From a virus (taxonomy: Duplodnaviria > Caudoviricetes): a DNA stretch of 40,249 bases. The stretch's first letter is position 1; each line of letters opens with the position of its first letter. Shown piece by piece: positions 23,252-32,260 of this stretch. Both the position numbers and the translations under genes were made by a program. The notes below the pieces were generated by a model, which was not told the origin of the DNA, ran no database searches, and saw only the letters and a list, made by a program, of their open reading frames with translations. The DNA lies in IMG/VR virus record IMGVR_UViG_3300017747_002969, positions 1 through 40,249 of that record, one strand, 5' to 3'.

Positions 23252-23479
23252 ATGACCTCTGAGACCCGCCGCACCGAATGGTACACCGTCGCTGGCAAGG
23301 ACGCATGGCAGGGAAGCGGCATCGACGCCTACCGCATCTGGATGCGTAAGGACGCCTGGAACACGATGCAGCGCCATGAGTGGCGGCGCACGGATGGCAC
23401 CACCTACTGCGAAGGCTGGATCAGGGGCGGCAGCGCTTCCACCCCCTTCGCCAAGAACATGACGACGGTTGGGGCATGA
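23252..23479 (+). CDS. Small Trp-rich hypothetical protein
   Basis: ATG 23252 with AAGGA SD, downstream of its own promoter. Confidence 0.65.
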   Translation: MTSETRRTEWYTVAGKDAWQGSGIDAYRIWMRKDAWNTMQRHEWRRTDGTTYCEGWIRGGSASTPFAKNMTTVGA

Positions 23480-23721
23480 GCAAGCTCGACCAGATCAGAG
23501 CCCTAAGGGAGGCGGCCGCAAAGGCCCCTCCTGCTCCGTTCCCGCAGCCCAAGATCGTGCTGGCGGATGGGCGGCTGGCTATCGAGGACACCGCTCCCAT
23601 CATCCCTGCCCCTCTCAAACGCAGAGCCAAGGGAACCGGACGTGATCCAGTAAAGCGCCGCGCCTACATGAGAGACCTCATGCGGAAGAGACGGGCGGCA
23701 AAGAAGGAGCAGGGAACATGA
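23476..23721 (+). CDS. Small basic protein, probably nucleic-acid binding
   Basis: Start re-called to ATG 23476; RRAYMRDLMRKRRAAKK basic helix. Confidence 0.6.
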   Translation: MSKLDQIRALREAAAKAPPAPFPQPKIVLADGRLAIEDTAPIIPAPLKRRAKGTGRDPVKRRAYMRDLMRKRRAAKKEQGT

Positions 23722-23861
23722 GCAAGCCGCTGCCGTTCCGCTACACGCTCATTGAGCCCGATGGGCGGGAGATAGTCATATCGACCAAAGAGCCACTGAC
23801 GCCGGCGGCGCTCGGCGTTATGGTTGGCGTGGTCGCGTCAGACAAGAAGCCCAGTGACTGA
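23718..23861 (+). CDS. 47-aa hypothetical protein (not in ORF track)
   Basis: MSKPLPFRYTLIEPDGREIVISTKEPLTPAALGVMVGVVASDKKPSD; AAGGAG SD, ATGA overlap, and overlaps the TerL start. Confidence 0.5.
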   Translation: MSKPLPFRYTLIEPDGREIVISTKEPLTPAALGVMVGVVASDKKPSD

Positions 23862-25317
23862 CCCCACCGTCATATGGTCCCCGCAGGTCGGGCCGCAGTG
23901 GTCGCTCGTCACATGCCCCGTCTTCGAGGTCTTCTACGGCGGGGCTCGTGGTGGGGGCAAGACGGATGGTGTTCTAGGCGAATGGCTCTCCCACGCGGCC
24001 AAGTACGGGGAGAACGCAATCGGCCTGATGGTCCGCAGGGAGCGGACGCAGCTCATCGAGACGATCGAGCGCAGCCGCATCCTGTATTCCCCGCTCGGGG
24101 CCAAGTACCACGAGCAGGACAAGATGTGGCGTTTCCCGAATGGCGCCCGCCTTCGGTTTGCCTACCTGGAGAGTGACAGCGATGCCGACGCCTACCAAGG
24201 GCACAGCTATACGAGAGTCTATGTCGAAGAGGTGGGGACATTCCCCCGGCCAGAGCCAGTTCTTAAGCTTATGGCAACGCTACGCAGCGGTGCAGGTGTC
24301 CCCGTGGGTTTTCGAGCTACTGGAAACCCTGGAGGACCAGGGCACAATTGGGTACGCGCCCGATACATCGACCCGCAGCCGGCTGGCTGGGCTGTTGGAG
24401 CGCGGCGGTTTCGTAATCCCTTCACCGGAAACGAAGTAGAGCGGGACTGGGTCTACATTCCCAGCCGCCTAGCAGACAACCACTACCTCGGTGACGAGTA
24501 TGTTGCTAACCTCTTCATGTCCGGCAGCCCTGCTCTCGTCAAAGCCTGGCTGGAGGGCGACTGGTCTGCAATCGAGGGGGCCTTCTTCGACTGCTGGGCT
24601 CCTCTTCGCCACATCGTCCGACCTTTCGCCGTTCCTGACGACTGGCTCCGTTTTCGCTCCATGGATTGGGGAAGCGCTGCCCCGTTCTCTGTGGGTTGGT
24701 GGGCGGTGGTGGGAGATGACACCGGAAGTCTGCCGCGTGGCGCGCTCGTTCGATATCGCGAATGGTATGGAACCGGCGGCAAGCTGACCGCTGAGGAGGT
24801 CGCTCACGGCATCATGGAGCGGGAGGCATCCGACGCCCACCTGATCCGCTACGGGGTTCTGGACCCATCCGCCTTCGCCCAGGATGGCGGCCCATCGATC
24901 GCAGAGCGCATGCACGCCGCAGCCAGAGCCTCGAACAAGCAGCTTCTGTTCCGCCCGGCCGACAACAAGCGCGTATCCCAGAAGGGCGCCATGGGCGGCT
25001 GGGACCAGATGCGAGCGCGGATGAAGGGCGGGGAGGATGGGCGGCCGATGCTGGTCACGTTCTCGACCTGCCTCGACTTCATCCGGACCATTCCGGTTTT
25101 GCAGCACGACAAGGACAAGCCCGAGGACCTCGATAGCGAGGGCGAGGATCATGCTGCGGACGAAGCTCGATATGCCTGCATGTCCCGGCCTTGGGTGGCT
25201 CAGCCTGTTCCGAAGAACGAGCCCCGCCCGATGATGGTGGGGGCCGGCAATAGGGCAACGCTGAATGATGCGTGGCGGGATCGTGAGGCAGAGGGCTTGC
25301 AGCGGGCGCGGATTTGA
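23854..25317 (+). CDS. terL: Terminase large subunit
   Basis: Walker A YGGARGGGKT, Walker B VYVEE, TGNPGGPGH, nuclease SMDWG and EDHAADEARY; start re-called to GTG 23854. Confidence 0.96.
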   Translation: MTDPTVIWSPQVGPQWSLVTCPVFEVFYGGARGGGKTDGVLGEWLSHAAKYGENAIGLMVRRERTQLIETIERSRILYSPLGAKYHEQDKMWRFPNGARLRFAYLESDSDADAYQGHSYTRVYVEEVGTFPRPEPVLKLMATLRSGAGVPVGFRATGNPGGPGHNWVRARYIDPQPAGWAVGARRFRNPFTGNEVERDWVYIPSRLADNHYLGDEYVANLFMSGSPALVKAWLEGDWSAIEGAFFDCWAPLRHIVRPFAVPDDWLRFRSMDWGSAAPFSVGWWAVVGDDTGSLPRGALVRYREWYGTGGKLTAEEVAHGIMEREASDAHLIRYGVLDPSAFAQDGGPSIAERMHAAARASNKQLLFRPADNKRVSQKGAMGGWDQMRARMKGGEDGRPMLVTFSTCLDFIRTIPVLQHDKDKPEDLDSEGEDHAADEARYACMSRPWVAQPVPKNEPRPMMVGAGNRATLNDAWRDREAEGLQRARI

Positions 25318-25407
25318 TCTAGCCTCCTCTGGCTCGCTCCTTGTTCTTCGAGCGTTTCCTCCCTGATGCCACTTGGCCTCCGTTCGTATGGACGGGGGCC
25401 TTTTTCT
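25318..25407 (+). ncRNA. Candidate small RNA with CCUCC anti-SD motifs (cuckoo-like)
   Basis: Hairpins AGCC-TCCTCT-GGCT and CGCTC-N10-GAGCG, then TTCCTCCC, then a terminator. Confidence 0.35.
25375..25405 (+). terminator. Rho-independent terminator after terL
   Basis: GGCCTCCGTTC-GTAT-GGACGGGGGCC 11-bp stem (with G-U pairs) followed by TTTTT. Confidence 0.8.
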
Positions 25408-25438
25408 ATGGCAGTGTCCCCCGAACTGATTTGAGGGG

Positions 25439-25825
25439 ATGGCCCGCATGATGCACCCGGCAACGCCACGGGACCAGTCAACCGTAAGCCTCACGGCTTC
25501 AGGCACCACGGGCAACGTCGCCATCGGCGGCTCGGCCACGACCACGCAGGGCGTGCTTCAGACGGTGCAGATCATCGTCACGAGCGCAGCCACCACGAAC
25601 GGCCTCTCAGGCGGCACGGCGGCCTCTGTGGCCTACCTTCGGTTCGGTACATCGAGCGCCATCGAGGCTGCGGCACCGAGCGGTGCAACCCCTGGCGGCC
25701 TTCCGATCCTCCCCGGCTCGATCCAGACCTTCACCATCCCTGCCAGCTACTACACCCACGTAGCGGCGATCACGCCGGCCACCGGTGGCGCTCTGCTGTT
25801 CTTCACGCAGGCCTACGGTCCTTAA
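25439..25825 (+). CDS. Small Thr/Gly/Ala-rich virion structural protein
   Basis: Beta-rich composition; first gene of the structural block. Start could be 25448. Confidence 0.55.
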   Translation: MARMMHPATPRDQSTVSLTASGTTGNVAIGGSATTTQGVLQTVQIIVTSAATTNGLSGGTAASVAYLRFGTSSAIEAAAPSGATPGGLPILPGSIQTFTIPASYYTHVAAITPATGGALLFFTQAYGP

Positions 25826-27685
25826 GTGCAGCGGAACTACCGCTTCAGGCCAGCAGCGGTTGCCCAGAGCGGCGCGGCAGGGTTCAACCCGCTGTCGCTG
25901 TTCACGGCCTACAGCGCTGCCGGCCTGTACATCCCGAACTTCAATGACTTCAACCTGCTCTTTCAGGACAGCGCCGGAACGGTCCCTGTTACGGCAGTTG
26001 CCGACCCGATTGGCAAGGTCGTGGACTCGGGGCCCACGGGCACGACCATGACGCAGGCGACGGCGGGATCGCGTGGAACGCTCCGTCTCGTCGGGTCGGA
26101 TTATGTCTGGCGCGGCGATGGCGTTGCGATGTGCCTTAACACAAACCTGTCGCCCGGCTCGTCCACAACCTATGTCTTCGGCGTCAACTTCGCCGCTACC
26201 TCATCTCTGGACGCTATCTCTGGGTCGCGGACGGGGACGACGACGACGAGGTCGATATTCCTGAGCGATGCTTCGGGGAAGCTGGCGGGCGGCGTCGGCA
26301 ATCAGGACCAGACGACCATCACGGGCGGGTCGGATATTCGCACGGTTCCCGGAGTCGGGGCGCTGCGGTACAACGGCACCAACGTCCAGTTATGGTGGCG
26401 TCCTGCTGGTGGCACCCTGACGACCCTTTACGGTCCGTCCGCTCAGTCAGGAACGCCGAACACGACGATACCGCTCTACATCGGCGCTCAGAACGTCAAC
26501 AATGCTGCGGCTGGCGTTATCCCGCTCGATGGCGACATCTACTCCGCCTTCGTCATCAAGGCGTCGTTGACTGACGGGGACCTCGCGGCCTTGATCGGAT
26601 CGATGCCGCCATTCGGGGCGCCGATCGTTCCTGGCGTCCTGTCTTTGCCGATTGACCTCCCCCTAGGGGATACGTCAGCTTATGTCGGCGTAACGAGCGA
26701 CCTCGCGTCTGGCTCGGTATATTGGGTCGTCTCGACCAGCGCAGTGCAGCCAACGGCGGCGCAGATCAAGGCGGGACAGGATAGTACGGGGTCGGCGGCT
26801 ACTGCATCAGGCAATCAGGCTGCTGCGGTCGGCGCTCAGTCGGCTACTGCGACGGGGCTGTCGTCTAACACGGCCTATTACGCTTACTTCGTCCAGTTCA
26901 ACGGCCAATATTCCAACGTTTCCAGCGGTGGCGGGTTCACGACGCTGACGACGGGAACGAGCGACACCAGCTTCGATACGCTGGTCGCCGCGATGACGAC
27001 GCCGCCGACGACGCTTCGGTCTGGCTACATTGCCCAGTTTATCCAGGCGCTCTATGCGGCCGGCGTCTGGACGAAGATGGACCTGCTTTACATCCTTGCC
27101 GCGGCAGACTCGCAGGCGGGCTATCTCAACTGGATCGCGCCAGCCTCGTTTGCACTGACGGCAGCAGGAACGGGGACGTTCACGGCTGATCGTGGTTGGG
27201 CCGGCAACGGGACGACCGGCGTTCTCAACACGGGTTGGGACCCGGCAACGAATGCGGTTCAGTACACCAGGAACATAGCCCACATCGGTGTCTATGTCCT
27301 GACGACAGGCAATGGGGTCTCGAACTTCGGATCGGTGACTGCCGCCGACGTGTATGCCGCTGTCGGCACTACGCGGCTGCGTATCAATGGCACGGGTGGA
27401 ACGGTGGTTGAGACGGCGACGCCTCCCTGCCATCTCATGGGTATCCGCAGGAATGACGCCGCGAACATTCTCCCGTTCATCGACGGCGTGGCCGGGACCT
27501 CGATAGCGCAGGCATCGGCGGCGCTTAGCTCGGTCGATCTTGGGATAGGTCGGCACAACACGACATTCTATGGCACTGGCCAGAATGCCGCCGCTCATAT
27601 CGGCAGCCAGTTGGACAATACCGAGGAGTTGGCCCTCTACACGGCCCTTAACGTCTACATGGTCGCAGTCGGCGCAGATACATAG
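25826..27685 (+). CDS. Multi-domain virion surface protein (ConA/LamG-like and FnIII-like modules)
   Basis: LFQDSAGTVPVTA..DPIG; PLYIGA...LDGDIY (LamG-like); PTAAQIKAGQD...TGLSSNTAYYAYFV (FnIII-like); second lectin-like module at the C-terminus. Confidence 0.6.
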   Translation: MQRNYRFRPAAVAQSGAAGFNPLSLFTAYSAAGLYIPNFNDFNLLFQDSAGTVPVTAVADPIGKVVDSGPTGTTMTQATAGSRGTLRLVGSDYVWRGDGVAMCLNTNLSPGSSTTYVFGVNFAATSSLDAISGSRTGTTTTRSIFLSDASGKLAGGVGNQDQTTITGGSDIRTVPGVGALRYNGTNVQLWWRPAGGTLTTLYGPSAQSGTPNTTIPLYIGAQNVNNAAAGVIPLDGDIYSAFVIKASLTDGDLAALIGSMPPFGAPIVPGVLSLPIDLPLGDTSAYVGVTSDLASGSVYWVVSTSAVQPTAAQIKAGQDSTGSAATASGNQAAAVGAQSATATGLSSNTAYYAYFVQFNGQYSNVSSGGGFTTLTTGTSDTSFDTLVAAMTTPPTTLRSGYIAQFIQALYAAGVWTKMDLLYILAAADSQAGYLNWIAPASFALTAAGTGTFTADRGWAGNGTTGVLNTGWDPATNAVQYTRNIAHIGVYVLTTGNGVSNFGSVTAADVYAAVGTTRLRINGTGGTVVETATPPCHLMGIRRNDAANILPFIDGVAGTSIAQASAALSSVDLGIGRHNTTFYGTGQNAAAHIGSQLDNTEELALYTALNVYMVAVGADT

Positions 27686-27694
27686 GAGCACACC

Positions 27695-28030
27695 ATGGCA
27701 CTGATTGAACTGTCCGAAGACGAGATGTCCGCAGTAGCACAGGCCCTGGACGGCCTCGTGATCCAGATGAGCCTCAAGGGGGCGGCAACGCTGCTAGCCG
27801 TGAGGACGAAACTGATGCAGGGGCTGGCCCGGCAGGGAACGGAAGGTGTGAAGATGGCCAAGGACGCGATCGATCCCACGCCGATACGGAGCGGCATGGT
27901 CCCGGCGACCGCGGCGGAGCTCGACGCTCTGGCCGAGGCTGGCGCATTCCGCGCCGACATTCCCTACACTCCCCGCATGGCCAAGACCAATGGCCACGAC
28001 CCCCTCATGATCGACGGGAAGCGCATCTGA
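27695..28030 (+). CDS. Hypothetical protein
   Basis: AGGAG SD; part of the late operon. Confidence 0.6.
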   Translation: MALIELSEDEMSAVAQALDGLVIQMSLKGAATLLAVRTKLMQGLARQGTEGVKMAKDAIDPTPIRSGMVPATAAELDALAEAGAFRADIPYTPRMAKTNGHDPLMIDGKRI

Positions 28031-28362
28031 TGGCCAACATGTTCGACGAAGCCGCCGCTGGCGAGTTTTACCGGGCCGCTGTTCGGGCAATAGCCCAAGG
28101 GGAGGGCATGGTGATGGTGCCGGCTCTCCTGCCCACCAGACCCAACACCGTGATCCGCTCGACGACGGCCGAAGCGAGGTGGGGCAAGTCTCTTGCGGCA
28201 ACTGTTCCAGAAGTCAAGTACCGGGAGGGTATTACGCCGATAGAGGTGCTAGAGCAGGCTATCGCCCGCACTGACATTGCGGTTAGGTTCATTCAGGAAC
28301 TTGAAGAACTCGGCCCGGACAACAACGAGCCAACCATCGCTTCTGTGGATGAAAAGCCCTAG
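28030..28362 (+). CDS. Hypothetical protein
   Basis: TGATG overlap upstream and TAGTG overlap with the portal. Confidence 0.55.
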   Translation: MANMFDEAAAGEFYRAAVRAIAQGEGMVMVPALLPTRPNTVIRSTTAEARWGKSLAATVPEVKYREGITPIEVLEQAIARTDIAVRFIQELEELGPDNNEPTIASVDEKP

Positions 28363-30665
28363 TGGCCAAGACCACATATAAAGCGGGATCGGACGGAGAG
28401 GTTGAGCGCATCACCAAGCGCGCCAGCCTCGACGATGTCGATCGCCAGTCCGCCCCCGATGGGGATGGCCCCGATGTGGTCAATTTCTGGATCACCGAGC
28501 TTGGCCGGTATGAAACCGAGTTCAAGCCGTGGACCGCCCGCTGCGAGAACATCGTTCGCCGCTATCGGGACGAGCGGGATCAGGTCAACCGGGGGCAGGT
28601 CAAATACGCCATCCTCTGGAGCAATATCCAGACCCTCAAGCCTGCGGTGTTCTCCCGAGCCCCGCAGCCGGTCGTTGAGAGGCGGTATCTCGACAGCGAC
28701 CCGCTGGGGCGCATCGCCTCCCAGACCCTTGAGCGCGCCACAGAGACGACCATAGAGCTGGGCAGGCTCTACCAGCAGGGCGACAAGGCCATCTTGGATT
28801 ACCTGCTCGTCGGGAGGGGCCAGCTCTGGGATCGCTACGAGCCCGAGTATTCCGTCTCGACCGCCGCCATCACTACGCCATCGGACGATGCTGGCCCCGA
28901 GGATGTGGAAAGCGATGGGGAGCAGGACGACCAGCCTGACCAGGAAGTCACGTGGGAGAAGGTTTGCACCGACTACGTCTATTGGGCTGACTTCGCCCAC
29001 AGCGCCGCCCGGTCGTGGGATGAGGTGTGGTGGGTCGCTCGTCGGGCATGGCTCACGAGAGAAGAGGGCACCAAGCGGTTTGGTTCTGTGTTCCGCAAGG
29101 TGTCCCTCAAGCGCCCGGACACCGATCGCAACGCCCTGACTTCGGCACAGCGGGACAGAGCCCCGAAGGCCGAGGTGTGGGAGATTTGGGACAAGAACGG
29201 CCGGGAGGTGTTCTTCATCGCCCCCGACCTTCCGAGCCAGATATTGGAGCGTGTTCCCGACCCCCTTGGGCTGCACGAGTTCTACCCGTGCCCAGAGCCG
29301 ATCTACGCCACGCTGACCAACGGCAGCCTCGTCCCGGTCCCTGACTACGCCGAGTACCAGGATCAGGCCGACGAGATCGACAACCTGACCAACCGCATTT
29401 CCCGGATCACGGGAGCGCTGAAGGTGGTTGGTCTGTATGCCGGCGACACCCCGCAGCTTGCCCGCCTCCTGCTCTCGACCACCGACAACACCATGATCCC
29501 GGTGGATAACTGGGCGGTGTTTGCGGAGAAGGGCGGGGTCGAGGGCTCAGTATCGTGGATGCCGGTGAAGGACCTCGCGGGCGTCCTGATGACGCTGTAC
29601 GAGGCTCGTGAGGCCGCCAAGCGGGACCTGTTCGAGATTACCGGCATGTCGGACATCGTCCGGGGTCAGGCTTCGGGGGCGGCGAAGACGGCGACGGAGC
29701 AGCGGATAAAGGGGCAATTCGCCTCCCTGCGCCTTGACAGTCGCCGCAAGGATGTAGCCCGCTTCATGCGGGACATCATCGCCATAACGGGCGAGATCAT
29801 CGCCGAGCACTTCTCTCCTGAGCTTCTGATGGAGATGACTGGCATGTTGCCGGTTATCACCGAGGAGCTTAAGGACATGGAGCAATCCGCTCCCCAGCCG
29901 CCCCAGGTTGCTCCCCAGGGGATGGCGGGGATGGGCGCGGGGCCTGCCGGGCCGGTTCCTCCTGGTGGTGCCCCGCCGCCCGCACAGATGCCCGGGGTGG
30001 GCGTCAGCGGCGGGATGGGGGCGCCAATGCCCCCGCCCGCTCCCCCTCCCGATCCCAAGGTCATCGCCATGCAGGCGATGGCCAAGGCCATGGAGCTGCT
30101 TCGGAACGATAAGATGCGGACCTTCCGCATCGACATAGAAACCGATAGTACGGTTGAGGACGACGCCATCTCCGGCAAGGAGGAAGTGGCCGAGTTCATG
30201 GGCGCGATTGCCCAGTTCCTCAACGGCGTGCTCCCGGTGGTTCAGGCAGCCCCGCCGCTTCTCCCGCCGATGGTCGCCTCCCTGCAATACGCCATGCGCC
30301 GGTTCAAGATGGGCCGGTCGGTAGAGGCCGCCTTTGATGCAGCCTTCGAGCGGCTTGAGAAGGCCGCCAAGGACGGCGCAGGCCAGCCGCCGCCCGATCC
30401 TGCGCTTGAGGCAGCCAAGGCCAAGGCGAAGGCAGATATCGAGTCCACCATGATCAAGGCCGCAGCCGAGCAGCGCAAGGCTCAGATGCAGGAGCAGATC
30501 GACGTGGCCGAGATGGCAATGAAGCAGCGCAAGATGCAACTCGACGCCGAGAAGATGGAGCAGGAGGCCGAGGCCGCCCGCCAGAAGCATGTTGGGGCTA
30601 TGCGGAAGATGGCCCTTGAGGCTATGATGCCCGCACCAAAGGCAGCAAACGGAGCACAGGCATGA
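28362..30665 (+). CDS. Portal protein
   Basis: 767 aa; ILWSNIQTLKPAV, EFYPCPEPIYAT, EITGMSDIVRG, KTATEQRIK, FRIDIETDST; C-terminal coiled-coil barrel as in P22-like portals; lies before scaffold and capsid. Confidence 0.9.
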   Translation: MAKTTYKAGSDGEVERITKRASLDDVDRQSAPDGDGPDVVNFWITELGRYETEFKPWTARCENIVRRYRDERDQVNRGQVKYAILWSNIQTLKPAVFSRAPQPVVERRYLDSDPLGRIASQTLERATETTIELGRLYQQGDKAILDYLLVGRGQLWDRYEPEYSVSTAAITTPSDDAGPEDVESDGEQDDQPDQEVTWEKVCTDYVYWADFAHSAARSWDEVWWVARRAWLTREEGTKRFGSVFRKVSLKRPDTDRNALTSAQRDRAPKAEVWEIWDKNGREVFFIAPDLPSQILERVPDPLGLHEFYPCPEPIYATLTNGSLVPVPDYAEYQDQADEIDNLTNRISRITGALKVVGLYAGDTPQLARLLLSTTDNTMIPVDNWAVFAEKGGVEGSVSWMPVKDLAGVLMTLYEAREAAKRDLFEITGMSDIVRGQASGAAKTATEQRIKGQFASLRLDSRRKDVARFMRDIIAITGEIIAEHFSPELLMEMTGMLPVITEELKDMEQSAPQPPQVAPQGMAGMGAGPAGPVPPGGAPPPAQMPGVGVSGGMGAPMPPPAPPPDPKVIAMQAMAKAMELLRNDKMRTFRIDIETDSTVEDDAISGKEEVAEFMGAIAQFLNGVLPVVQAAPPLLPPMVASLQYAMRRFKMGRSVEAAFDAAFERLEKAAKDGAGQPPPDPALEAAKAKAKADIESTMIKAAAEQRKAQMQEQIDVAEMAMKQRKMQLDAEKMEQEAEAARQKHVGAMRKMALEAMMPAPKAANGAQA

Positions 30666-30850
30666 ACGATCGCGAGATACTCGGGGCTTTTAGCGGCGGC
30701 AGCATTCGCTTGGCAGGCTCAGCGCCCGTCATTTGGGTATGCACGGCGGACCTTCGCTGGAATGGGGATGTGCTAGAGCAGCGGTGGGCTCAACAGTTCA
30801 GAGACGAGCACGAATGGCGGGCTGTTCCGAAGGCGGCCAATGGCTCGTAG
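30662..30850 (+). CDS. Small hypothetical protein
   Basis: ATGA overlap with the portal; LRW...VLEQRW....EWRAVP motif. Confidence 0.55.
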   Translation: MNDREILGAFSGGSIRLAGSAPVIWVCTADLRWNGDVLEQRWAQQFRDEHEWRAVPKAANGS

Positions 30851-31181
30851 CGTCTGGGTCTATCGGGACGGGAAATTGGTGCCCAAGCACGAGGCCGCTT
30901 CCCTGCAATTCGCCTCGGCTCAGGTGGTCAGGGACCAAATGGACCCCTTACGCCACATGGCGACCGGCGAAATGGTTGACAGCAAGTCGATATTCCGCCA
31001 AATAACGAAGGCGCATGGTTTGGAGGAGGTCGGAACGTCCGCCCCTACCCCAAATCACCGGCACAGCGACCGTCAGGCTATCGTGAACGCGGCAGGCAAG
31101 GCATTGCAGATGGTGCGTGAGGGCTACAAGCCCAATCCGCAGACCGTCGGCGGCGTCGGGGGAACTGGCTGGCATGACTGA
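30840..31181 (+). CDS. Conserved head-module hypothetical protein
   Basis: WVYRDGKLVPK...DPLRHMATGEMVDSKS.FR..TKAHG.EEVG; lies between portal and scaffold. Confidence 0.65.
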   Translation: MARSVWVYRDGKLVPKHEAASLQFASAQVVRDQMDPLRHMATGEMVDSKSIFRQITKAHGLEEVGTSAPTPNHRHSDRQAIVNAAGKALQMVREGYKPNPQTVGGVGGTGWHD

Positions 31182-32229
31182 TACGCTTACCACGACAGAG
31201 ATTGCGCCCGCTCCCGAGCCCGTAGAGGCCCCGGTCGTAGCGGATGCCCCTGTCGTCCCTGCCCCTACTGAAACCCTATCAGCCATTGAAACGGCCACCC
31301 GAGCCGCAATGGATGAGGTCAAAGCCCGCGCCCGCGACGAGCAGGGCCGCTTTGTCCCCAAGACCGAGGCGACTGCCTCCACAACCAACCCGGCACAGCC
31401 GGAGTCCAGCAGGGTCGAGGCGTCAGCAGCGGATCAAGCCCCCAAGGCTCCGCGTACTGGCCCTCCCCCTGGCTGGACACCCGAAGCAAAGGCCGAGTGG
31501 CCGTCCATGTCGCCTGCCCAACAGGCCGCAGCGCACAAGCGCGAGGACAACTACGAAGCCGGCATTTCCAAATACAAGCGGGACTTGGAGACCCTCTCCC
31601 CCGTCAAGGCCCTCCTTGATGAGAACGCGCCCCGCTTCGCTCGCCTGAACGTTGATGCACCTACGGCCCTCCGTCAGCTCTTCACGTTCCAGGATCAATT
31701 TGAACGCGATCCGGCAAGCCTTATCCGGCACATTGCCAATACGGCTCGGATCGATCTCCGACAACTGGCACAGACGCCAACCGCTAGCGCGAGCCCCGCA
31801 GCAGCGACGCCACCTGCACGCCCGAATGTCGCCCCCGACGTTTCCCAGATCGTAGAAGAGCGCCTGAACGCACGCGATGCACAGCGCTCCCTTGCTGAGT
31901 TCGAGAGCAACCCTGCCAACAAGCACGCCAAGGACCCCGCCGTAAGGCAGGCCATGGCTGGCGCGCTGGCTGGTGGCGCGACGAACCTCACCGAGGCTTA
32001 CGATCGGGCCATCTGGTCGCTTCCGCATCTTCGGGAGACCCTGATGGCTGACCGTGAAGCTACGGCCAAGAAGGCCGCGGCTGACAAGGTAGCGGCTGCC
32101 CAGAAGGCTGCCATCGGCATCAAGGGCGGAAGCCCCAACGGTGCCCGACCGGCGAGCTTTGGGACCGTGACCAACGGTGGAGGGGCCGAGGGCGCCGCAC
32201 GGGCTGCAATGGCCGCTCTGAGGGGGTAA
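31174..32229 (+). CDS. Capsid scaffolding protein
   Basis: Start re-called to ATG 31174; RDEQGRF motif, PPPGW..EAK..W, helical; directly upstream of the capsid gene. Confidence 0.8.
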   Translation: MTDTLTTTEIAPAPEPVEAPVVADAPVVPAPTETLSAIETATRAAMDEVKARARDEQGRFVPKTEATASTTNPAQPESSRVEASAADQAPKAPRTGPPPGWTPEAKAEWPSMSPAQQAAAHKREDNYEAGISKYKRDLETLSPVKALLDENAPRFARLNVDAPTALRQLFTFQDQFERDPASLIRHIANTARIDLRQLAQTPTASASPAAATPPARPNVAPDVSQIVEERLNARDAQRSLAEFESNPANKHAKDPAVRQAMAGALAGGATNLTEAYDRAIWSLPHLRETLMADREATAKKAAADKVAAAQKAAIGIKGGSPNGARPASFGTVTNGGGAEGAARAAMAALRG

Positions 32230-32260
32230 GTCCTAGCGGGTAGCCCAGAAAGGGGCACCC

